Source of the DNA: Parvularia atlantis
Taxonomy: Eukaryota
Direction of reading: 5' to 3'
DNA: 39,457 nt
Assembly (NCBI GenBank): GCA_943704415.1
Contig: CALSCO010001754.1
Span: 1-39,457, forward strand
Below the pieces are notes generated by a model. That model saw only the letters and a program-made list of their open reading frames with translations. It had not been told where the DNA came from and searched no databases. The position numbers were made by a program, and so were the translations under genes. Positions 19,562 through 29,939 of the stretch are shown here, in pieces; the first letter of the stretch is position 1, and each line of letters starts with the position of its first letter.

Positions 19562-22500
19562 ATGGCCGCGGAGGGCACGGTGCACGAGGCGGCGCGGCAG
19601 GGCGACGTGCGCCGCGTCGAGCTGCTGCTGCAGCAGGGCGCGAGCGCGCTGGCGCAGGACGCCGGTACGCTGCCGTTCGGCGTGCAGCAGCGGTGCGCGC
19701 ACCTGACGCGGCCTGTGAGCAGACGGCATGACGCCGCTGCACGTCGCCGTGCGCCACGACCGCAACGACGTCATGCTCGCGCTGCTGCGGCGCGGCGTGC
19801 CCGTCGACGTGGCCGACGCCGCCGGCAAGACGCCACTGCACCTCGCGGCCGAGACCGGCCAGCCGGACGTGCTGCAGCATTTGTTTGAGCACATGGCCGA
19901 CGTCGACGCCGAGACGCACAGTGCGCGCCCGCCGGACGTGTTGCGCTCGCCGCGCCACTCAAGCACCCGCACGCGCGCAGCCGGATGGACGCCGCTGCAC
20001 TGCGCCGTCGCGCACGGCCACGCCGCCGTCGTGCTGCTGCTGCTGGAACGCGGCTGCGCCGTCAACGCAGCCACCGCCGGTAGCACGCACGGCGAACTGC
20101 ACCGCGCAAGTGCTGACAGCGTGCGCGCGCACACATAGACGTGCAGACGCCGCTGCATCTCGCGTGCGCGCGCGGCAGCCACAGCCTCGCGCAGCTGCTC
20201 GCGGCGCACGGCGCGGATCTGAACGCGGTCGACGCCGGTGCGCGGCCTGTGGGTGGCGCCTGTTCTTGCCTGATTTGCGCATCGCAGTGCGCCGGTCGCC
20301 GCTGCACCTGGCCGTGCAGAGTGAGCACGACGAGGTCGTCGCGTGGCTGCTGCAGAGCGGCGCGCGGCCCGCGCCCGTGGACCGATGTGCGGCGCCGTGC
20401 GCGCTTCTTGTCGCGTTCAAGCTGACACACGCGCACGGCACGCAGACGACCGCACGCCGCTGCTCATTGCCTGCACGATCCCGCGCGCGTCGCTCGTCGC
20501 CGTGCTGATCGAGCACGGCGGCTTCGTGCCGGCCATCCGCGGCGGTGCGGTGCGCGCACGTCATTGCACACTCGGCTGAGCACAACGGCAGACGGCCCTG
20601 CGTCGGTGCTGCTGGCGACGTGCCGCGCGCTGCTGGAGCACGTGACGAGCGCAGGGGCCGGTGTGAACGCGACGCTGCTGCTGGCTGGCTTCGAAACCGT
20701 CATCGGCCTGCTGCTCAAGCACGGCGCCGACGTCGACGCGCGCTCGGCCGACCTGCAGCAGACGCCGCTCATCTACGCGTGCCTGGCCGGTAACGTTCGC
20801 CTCGCGCAGCGCCTGATCGACCACGGCGCGAGCCTGGACGCGCAAGACAGCAGTGCGTGGCCGCACAGCCCCGCCGGCTGCTGCGCTCAAACCGGTGCGC
20901 CCCCCTCGCAGCCGGCGCCACCGCGCTGCACTACGCCACGCGCAAGGGCCACGTCGCCGTCATGCAGACGCTGCTGCGCAACCACGCCGACATCGGCGTG
21001 AAGGACGCTTGTGCGTGGCCGTCTGCGCCCGCTGCATGCCCCGCCTCACGCGCGCTGAGCAGACGACCGCACGCCGCTGCACGACGCGGCCATGCGCGGC
21101 TTCGCCGTCACAGCGGCCGAGCTGGTCGAGCGCGGCGCGGCGATCAACGCGCGCGACTGCGGTGTGCGCCTGCGCCCTTGCGCGCTGCGATGCTCACGCG
21201 CGCGCCGCCGCACAGACCTCAACACGCCGCTCGCCCTCGCCGTCAAGCACCGCTTCATTGAGGCCGCGCAAGTGCTGCTGTCGCTTGGAGCGGACCCGCA
21301 CGCCAAGAACGGTGTGCGCGGGCAGCGTGGCACGTAGGAGCTCATTGTGTACCGCATGCAGCTGCGCATCAGTCGCCCGGCGAGCTGGCGCCCGAGGACC
21401 TCTCCGCGCACGTGCAGCAGCTGTTTCGGCCCGGTGTGTGCGCGGGCCCGTGCAGACGTGTCGCGCCTCTGACGCAGCGGTCGCGCAGCCGTCGACCTGC
21501 AGGACCGCCAGCTGCTCAACATCCCCGAGGCCGCCGTGCAGCAGACGCGCCCATTTGTGCTGCGCCTGACCAACAACTGCCTGCACGCGGGCTGCCTGGA
21601 CCAGCTCGGCCGCGCGGCGCCGGCGCTGCTCACGGGCCTGTTCCTCGACGGCAACGTCGTGTTTGGGAGCATCGCGGCGCAGCACATGGCCTCGCTGCGC
21701 ACGCTCTACAGCCTTTCGCTCGCCGGCTGCAACCTGAGTAGCAAGGACGTCGTCGGCGTGTGCGCCGCGCCCGCACTGCGCACGCTCGTGCTCGCCGACA
21801 ACGCCCTGGGCGACCTACCGCGCGAGTTCAGCCAGCTGCAACAGCTGCGCCGCCTCGTGCTCGCGCACACCGCGCTCACGGCCGTGCCCAACGTCCTGTC
21901 GACGCTGCATACGCTGACGTCGCTCGACCTGCGCGACAACGCCATCTCGTCGGTGCCGCACGGTGCGCGTGCTTGCATCCTGCCTGGCCACGCAAGCACT
22001 CACGCGCGTGCGGGCTGCAGCGGTCGCGCTCCTGCCCAACCTCGTGCACCTCGACCTCGGCGGATGCACGCTGACGGGCGCGCTGGCGTTTGTGCGGCGC
22101 GAGCGCTCGGCCAACGTGCTCGCGTTCCTGCGGGACGTCGCATGGGAGAGCGAGCGGGTGTTTGCGACGCGCGTCGTTGCGCTCGGGCACCGCGGCACGG
22201 GCAAGACGACGCTCTGCAGCGCGCTCTTCCCGCCGCGCGGCGTCCTGCTCAAGCGCCGCACCAACGTGATGAACGTGCTGATGGACACGTGGAACGTGCC
22301 GATGGACACGTGGAACGAGCGCCTGTGCGAGCTCGAGTGGGGCGCGTTTGTCTACTCGCGCCCGGGCAAGGGCGGCCTGTGGGAGCGCGCGGCGCCGATC
22401 GACCTCGCCCGCTCGCGCGTCATGCCGCTGCCGGACAGCCACACGGACTTTCGCATCCTGCTCGAGGGCGAGTACCGGCCGTTTGACTTTCGGTGCACCC

Positions 22501-25500
22501 GCTGCCGGGCTTGCTGCGACCGCGCGGGTTAACGTAGACGCATGCGTGCGCGCGCAGGTGCGCTACCGCGAGCGAGTGCGCCGACTGGCTGTACGCGCTG
22601 CGTCAGCGCGTGGCCATCGCCGTCATGCCGCTGCCCAAGCGGCCGTGGCTGGCCGCGCGCACGTTCACCAGCAGCCAGCTCGACGACGCCCAGCTCTACG
22701 CCCCGCCGAGCTACCCCGCGCTGATCACGAGCGCGGCCGCGGCCAAGCAGCGCAGCAACCGCGTCCCGCATGGCGCCAAGCTCGCCGTGCACGTGTACGA
22801 CGTCGGCGGCCAGCGGCACATCTTTGATGGGCATCGGCTACTGCTGGCGCGGAGTGTGCCGACGCTGTACCTGGTCGCGTGGGACACGCGCACGCGCAGC
22901 TCGTCGCGCCGGATGGTGGCCCTGGCCGAGTTGCGGCACTGGCTCGCGGCGCTGCAGCAGCAGCACCTCGCCGCGCCGGACGACCCCGCTCGCGCCGGCG
23001 CGCTCGTGTACATCGTCGGGACGCACGCGGACGAGCTCGCGGACGACCCGCTCAAGCTTGAGCAGTGCACGCACGCCGTCATGGCGCTCGTGCAGGCGCT
23101 CAGGTTTGCCCTGCCGTTCCGCATCGTCAACATCGACAGCTGCAGCGCGACGCAGGCCCACCAGCTCGCCCAGACCGCGCTCGCCGACCTCGCGAGCCAG
23201 CATCACCTGGGCGAGGAGCTGCCGCGCGTCTACCTGCGCGTGAGCCGCTGCCTACTTCAGGCGAGCCTGCACTTCCAGGGCACGGCGCTGCTCACGCAGC
23301 TGCAGAGCGTCGCAGCGCGCTCGCAGGACGGCGATGTGCCCGCTGCCGGGCGACTGCGACCGCGCGTGGTAAGCGACCAGACGCCGACGACGACGCTACC
23401 GCCGGCTGACGGTGCCGCAACGCCAATTGTGCCATCTGCGGTGATGCCAGCCCGCGTGCGCACGCCCGTGACGCCGAGCGAGGTGCTCGTGCGTGCCGAT
23501 GCGCTGGACGCCGGCATCGTGAGCGGCCTGTCGAGCGCGGCCGTGCTGCGCGTCTTGCGCTTCTGGGCGCGCCGCGGCGAGCTGCTCGGGCCGGCCGGCG
23601 GCGCCAAGGGCGTCGTCGCGGGGGCGCCGCTTTGGCTGCTCGAGGAGCTGTTTGCCGAGACGGCACACCGCCTTCGAGCGCAGCTGACGCCGGCTACGGG
23701 CGACGAGCAGGGACCGTTCGGCTCCGCGGGCGACTTTGTCTTCATCGACGACGTGCGCGACAGCGACGCAGCACACACGCCTGTCCTCGAGCATGCCCGC
23801 CTCTTCGCCGCGCCGTACGCCGGCATCTGGGCCGCGCTCCTCGACAGCCCCGCGCAGCTCGAGGCGGCCTTCACCGTGCTGCACGCGCTCGAGCTCGCCG
23901 TGCCGTGCGACGGCGCGCAGATCGGCCGGAGCGACCCCGCGCGGCCCTTCCGTGACCGCGCATCGTTCATCCCCGCGAGCCTACCGAGCTTTCCGCCGCC
24001 CGCCTTCGAGTGGCCTGCCGCGCCCGCCAGCGATGGCGCGACGACGAGTGACCGCGTGCACGGCGTGGAGCTCGACGGCGTGCCGCTCGGCTTCCGCTCG
24101 CTACTCTTTGCTCGCCTCGCCGTGGCGCTGCCTGGCGCGGACCTGGCAAGCAGCTGGCAGTACGTCGCTTCAGCGCACTCGCTCGCTGCGCACTGACGTC
24201 TCTTGTGCTCGCGCGGGGCAGGAGCGGCCTGCTGTTTGTGCAGGGCGAGCGCTCGATCCTGGTGACCGTGCACGACAACACCGCGCGCGTGCGCGTGTGC
24301 GTGCGCGGGCCCCGCGACGCCAGCGACGTCTTTGACGTGTGCCTCGGCACGCCGGCCAACCCGGGCGTGCTGCGGCTGGTGCTGCTCGACCACTTCCCGG
24401 ACACGCGCGTGGCCAACTACGTGCGTGCGCCCGTCCGCCATCACGAGCGCTGATATGCACGCGCGTGTGCAGTTTGTCGAGTGCACGTGCGCAGGCTGCC
24501 GCCGGGTGCACGCGTGGCAGTGGACGAGTGCGGCAGGCACGCACGTCATCAAGGTGCGCGAGCCGATCAGTGCCTGTGCGCGTGCCCTTACACGTACGCG
24601 CATGCAGGACAAGACGATGGGCATGCTCGGGCGGCGCGAGCTCTGGCACGACATTGCGCGCGCACTCGAGCCGTTTGTGCACCCGAGCGAGCCCCCGCAC
24701 GACTACTCGCTTAAGGAGCTGTTCCAGGCGGTCGGCGCGCACCAGCAATCGGGGGCCGCGCCGACGCTAGCATGCGTGCGCACGGGCGAGACGGTGACGC
24801 TGGCGTCGCTGATGGAGGGTGTTCGTGCGTGCTGCACCCTGCACCCGTCGTGCCTGACGCATCTCACGCGTTCGCCCGTCCCGCAGCGCTGCGCAAGACG
24901 AGCGGCAAGACGCGTGACCCAGTCTCGAAGCGGCTGACGCTGGTGCGGTCGCGGGTGGCATTGCCACGTGCCCTAACGCGCGTTTGTGCCGTCCAGCGCA
25001 CGCCGCTTGTGCCGCTGGTGCTGCCGAGCGTGATGGGCTCGCCGCCGACGTCGCCGCCCGCGACCGCGCGAGCCACCGTAGCCTCGCCGGCGCTGGCGCC
25101 GTCGCCGCTGTCTCCGCCGCTGCTGCCGCCCGCTGCCGCTGCGCGCCGGTCGTCGGTGGCGTCGGGCGCACCGCATCCGGCAGGCGTGCGCAGCCGCTTG
25201 CAGGAGATGCAGGACTACGTGCGCGCGTATTACAAGCTGGCGGACGAGCGCGCGCTCACGCGCCGCGGGCGTCTGAACGCGACCATCTTCGAGCAGCCGC
25301 TGACGTGCGCATACTTTGATGTACTAGTCGAGGCGCTCGCGGGCGTGTGCCTGGCGGGCCTGCTGCTGCGCGCGGGTGTGTGCGGTGTGGCCGAGCTGAC
25401 GGACTTTGGCGTCGCGACGACGGCGGGGCCCTGTGCGGCGCTTGTTGCGGCGCTCGCGTCGGCGATCGTACTGCAGATCTCGACGACCGACGAGGAGGTG

Positions 25501-25976
25501 CGTGCGCTCTCGTCTCTGTCCGCACTCGACTCACATGTCGCGCGCAGGCGCGTGACCGCCTGCTCGTCTTTGCGCTCGCAGGCAGCCGCGACCGCACCTT
25601 GGCACTAGTGGAGCGCCTCGCCGAGCTCGGGTGCATGGTGCGCGCGGCGCAGGTGCTCGCGATCGACCAGCCGCCGGCCGACCAGCCGTCGGCGCTCGTG
25701 CTGAGCCTGTGTGGCGCGGATGTGGCGCGGGAGGCGATGGCGGCGCGCATCGCCTGGGACGGCAAGGCGGCGGCCAGCACGGCGCAGCGCCTGGTGCGTT
25801 CTTGCTCGCTGCGCCGCGATGTGTGGCGCTGACAACGTGCACGGCAGGCGTGGCATGACGCGGACGCGCTCGTGCAGCTGTGGCTGCAGCAGCCCACACC
25901 CGCGCGCGAGCTCACGGAGCCGCCGCAGCTGGACGAGTTTGCGCAGACCCTGGCCATGGTTATGCAGGGCCGGTGA
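19562..25976 (+). CDS. Roco family protein B: ankyrin repeats - LRR - Roc GTPase with inserted PH domain - COR - unknown helical C-terminal domain; no kinase; about 20 exons
   Basis: Ankyrin repeats (GMTPLH, GKTPLH, GWTPLH and others); LRRs LRTLVLADNAL and LTSLDLRDNAI; P-loop RVVALGHRGTGKTT; G3 VYDVGGQ...H; LYLVAWD; G4 IVGTHAD; COR VLRFWARRGEL, FIPASL, VPLGFRSLLFARL; CTCAGC...LAC. Confidence 0.87.
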
Positions 25977-26033
25977 CATTGCTCTTGTGACCAGTGTGCC
26001 TGTGCTCTAAGACGAAGCCGATGGATAGGAAAG

Positions 26034-26333
26034 CTATGCCCTGGGAAGCCCGAGCCTGGCCAGCGCCTGCTCGAGCTGGGCGAGCTCGGCCAGCAGTGCC
26101 GGCTCGGTCTTGATCTTGGCGATCTGCATGTGCGCGTGAGTGCGGCAGGCTGAGCGCGGCGCGCACGCACCTGCGTCTCCTCAAGCGGCGCGCCCTGGCG
26201 CTGCTTCTCCTTGAGCGGGTCGATCTGGCGCAGCTTCTTGGTCAGCGCGCGGATCTTCTTTTCCACATCCTCGGCGTTGAGCGGCACGTCGACCTCGGCG
26301 GCTGCAGCGGGTGCGGCAGACGACACGGCGCTC

Positions 26334-26382
<49 letters not shown>

Positions 26383-28409
26383 CAGCAGCAGGGGCGGCAG
26401 CCCGAGCGCCGTTCGCACTGGCCTCCTGCGCAGGCAACGGCACAACGACGACCGAGGCCAGCCGGCGCCAATCAAACCGCAGCAGCTGCTTGCCCTTGTC
26501 GTTCCAGACGCGGTAACCCTGGGTGGGCGCGTGGCTGCGGGCGGGCGCGCACGCTAAGCAGCCAGCCGGTGCGCACGCGCGTGCACACACGGCAGGTCGA
26601 CTGTCGTCGCCGTAAGGACGAGGCGCCCCGTCGGCGAGATGAACTCGGCCACGACCGTCTGCTTGTCCTTGAACTCATTCAGCAGCTTGCACTCGGCGCC
26701 TGCGCGAAAGCACCGGTCACACGCTTACCGCACGCCGGCGGGCGGGCGCACCCGTCGACGACACCGACCACGTCTGGATCGGACACACGTCGTCAAGGAG
26801 GCCGGCTAGGAGCAGACGGCTGCCGTCGAGCGAGAAGCGCACGGTGGCCTGCCCCACGCCGACGAGGTCTGCCGGCAGGTCGTCAGCGGCAGCGCTGGCC
26901 AGTCGGGCTCGCGGGCGCACCCTTCAGCAACGACACGCGCTGCCCGGCCAGATTGAACAGCGCACACCGCTGGCCCGAGTGGTAAGCTGGCAGCGACGGC
27001 CGTCAGACAGGTCCCGGGGCACTGCCCGCCACGCCGCACGCACAGTACAGGAGCGCAAAGAGACTCGAGCGCGGGCTCCAGGTGATGCCGCGGATGGGCT
27101 GGCTCTCGACCTCGACGCGTGTGACGTCTTTGTAAGTGACGACATGCACGGTCACGTCGCCCGGCTGGCCCGCGATCACGACGGCTGCCGTGCCGGCGGC
27201 GTTCCAGTGGACGGTTGCGCTCTTGGCGCGGTAGAACGTCTTCTGCACGATGGTGACGGCAGGCTGGTCGATGTGCAGGTGCCGGATGCACGCGGGCGAG
27301 CTCTTGGTCTCGGTCAGGAAGAGCACGACGCGCTTCGACGTCTGCACACATCGGTGAGTGACAGCACAGTGACAGCGCCGCCCACGCACGGGCTCGAGCG
27401 CAGCCGCGACGACGTGCTCAACGCGCACGGTTGAGTAGTGCTCTTTGGCAAAGCTGCCTTCCTGCGCATCGGTGTCGGCGGTGAGCGCCGACCAGCCGCG
27501 CGGTCGCGCTGAGCACGCGCGCACCCGGTGCACATGCAGCGTGTTGTTGCTCAGGCGCAGGCACACGCGCTCGTCGGCCGACCACTGCGGCGCCCAGCGA
27601 CTCTTCTCGCGCTGGCAGAGCGAGAGCACGGCCTCGCCCGTGGCCACGTTCCACACCTGCACGTTGTCCTTGGCCTGCTCGCCGGGCGCCGTGCCGGCGG
27701 CGGACGGCTCGTCGCCGTCGGCCGAGTGCGCGTAGCGCTGCGATCGCCGTGAGCCGGCGCGTGCGCGCGACGGTTCGACAACGCACCGTCACTTGCAACC
27801 GCCCGGCGAGCTTCGGGTCCGACAAGCGGATGTCCTTGGACGTGCTAGCCGCGCCCTCACGCTCGTGCCTGACAAAGTCGCCCTTCTTGTACGTGGCCAG
27901 GAAGGTGCCCTGGGCGGCGCGGAAGTTGAGCGCGCAGATGCGATGCTGCAAGGTGCGCACACACCAGCGGCGACACGACCGCGTCGTCGGCCACGACGGG
28001 CACACGCGCACGCACCGTGCCCGTTTCCAGATCGACCTAGTCCGCGTACACACGTCAGCGCCGTCTCACCGCGTGCGCAGCCGCCGCACCACGTGCGTGA
28101 AGCCCTCGCTCGCGAAGACCATCCATCGTCCGTCGTGCGACACGGTGCTGAAGCGCACCTGCGGCATGCGCATCTGCGTGCGCACGTGCTCGTCACAGCC
28201 GTAGTGACGACGGTCCGCAAAGCCCGGTCCCGCCGCACCTCGACCACGGCCGCGGGCGTCGCGTCGTACGGCCACGTGACGGACTCGTCCACGCGCTCAT
28301 CGCCGAGGGCGCCCGGCGCGCGCAGCCCGTGCACGGCCACGGCGGGCATGCTCATCGCGTCAGCGCCGCTGACGGGCCCGTGCGTGCGCGCGATCCACGT
28401 CGCGGGCAT
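26034..28409 (-). CDS. eIF2A-like WD40 beta-propeller protein with eIF2A-type C-terminal helical hairpin, strongly divergent; start 28409 (or a Met about 55 nt downstream)
   Basis: SPLGTFLATY, WAPQWSADE, KTFYRAKSATVHWNAAGTA, PIRGITWSP, ISPTGRLVLTATT...GYRVW and VEKKIRALTKKLRQID.LK.KQ..G..LE.TQ..KI follow eIF2A order, but signature loops are lost. Confidence 0.78.
26334..26390 (-). repeat. (GCA/TGC)n trinucleotide repeat encoding a poly-Ala linker in the eIF2A-like gene
   Basis: About 19 triplets with one interruption. Confidence 0.92.
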
Positions 28410-28568
28410 TCGATCGGCTGCGCATCGCCGTGAGCGAGACGTCGCACCTGGGGGGAAAAGTCAAAACAGCATGGCCGGCTGTCACTGTTCGGTGGCCACG
28501 TGGACGGGCCGATCGATCGCCCTTCTTCAACTCTCGCCGCCGTTCCCGCAGCCGTTCCGCGCCCAGCC

Positions 28569-29893
28569 ATGGTCTTCGTGCTGGACGCGTACTACCTGGC
28601 GATCACGGCGCTCGTCGTCGTGCCGTACCAGCTGCTGTTCTTCTTCTTCGCGAGCGGGCTCAAGGTGCGGCGGCCTGCACACACGCGCGTGCAGGAGCCG
28701 ACGCACCTCGCGCGCGTGCGCGGCCAGATCGACACCGTCACCGACTTTGCCGGCGGGACCAACTTCATGGTGCTGGCGCTGCTCACGCTTCTGCTCGGCC
28801 AGACGTACACGGCGCGGCAGATCGTCGCGACCGTGTTTGTGCTCGTGTGGGGTGCGCGGCTGTCGGGTGCGCGTCGTGTGCGACTCGCGCTGTGCGTGCG
28901 GTCGCTCACATCTGCGCGCGGCGCGGCGCGCAGGCTTCCTGTTCTACCGCATCCTCAAAACCGGCACAGACAAGCGCTTCGACGACAAGCGCGACAACTT
29001 CTGGGCGTTCCTCGGGTTCTGGGTCTTCCAGATGTTTTGGGTCTGGTGCGCGTGCCGTCCCGCGCGGCGCCGCACTCGATGCACCTGACGCGCCCGCAGG
29101 ACCGTCTCGCTGCCGCTGACCGTGCTCAACGCGCTGCCGGACGTTTCGCCGTTTGGCAACGCGACCGACATCGTTGGCGTCATCTTGTTTGCGATTGGCC
29201 TGCTCGTCGAGACCGGTGCGCGCTTGCTTGCGTGCTCGTGCGCGCGGACGCTGCCTGCTGACGACTGCGACGCAGTTGCGGATCAGCAAAAATTCAACTT
29301 CAAGGAGAAGCCCGAGAACAAGAAGGCGTTCTGCAACGTCGGGTTGTGGGCGTACAGCCGGCACCCAAACTACGCGGGCGAGGTGCGCGGGCGAGCGGTG
29401 AGCATTGTGTGCGTCTGATGCCGGGGGCGCAGATTGTGCTGTGGATTGGCCTCACGATCCTGTGCAGCACGGTCGTGCGCTTTGACCCGAAGACGTGGTG
29501 CGTGCTGAGCGTTGCGAGCTGCGTGCACGAGGCGACTCACACGCCCCGTGCGCATGCGCGGGCGCAACAGGTTCATCCTCGCCAGCCCGGCCTTTGTCAC
29601 GTCAATCCTGCTGTTCCTGAGCGGTATCCCGATGCTCGAAAAGTCGAGCGACGAGGTGCGCACGCGCGTGCCACTCGGTCGTGCGCGGCTGACAGGGCGC
29701 GGCCGCCGCACAGCGCTACGGCCAGGACCCGGCGTACCAGGACTACAAGGCGTCGACGAGCTGCCTGCTGCTGTTCCCGCCGGCGCTGTTCCAGCCGCTG
29801 CCGCGCTGGGTCAAGGCCGTCTTCTTCTTCGAGTGGCCCATGTACAACTACCTGACGAGCGCGCCGCTGCGCTCGCTCGAAAGCAAGGCGTGA
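28569..29893 (+). CDS. DUF1295 family membrane protein (steroid 5-alpha-reductase-like); about 8 exons
   Basis: MVFVLDAYYLAIT, TDFAGGTNF, WGARLSGFLFYRILKTGTDKRFD, ADQQKFNFK, GLWAYSRHPNYAGEI, LSGIPMLEK. Confidence 0.93.
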
Positions 29894-29939
29894 GACGCTC
29901 CGTTGTGTGTGTTTGTGTTGTGAGGCGAGACCATCGACG

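Noticed and set aside
6358..25976. Reading the two repeat/P-loop proteins as NLR/STAND receptors or LRRK2 kinases
   Set aside because: G3/G4 (DxxGQ, THxD) and COR hallmarks indicate Roc rather than NACHT/NB-ARC, and no kinase motifs follow COR.
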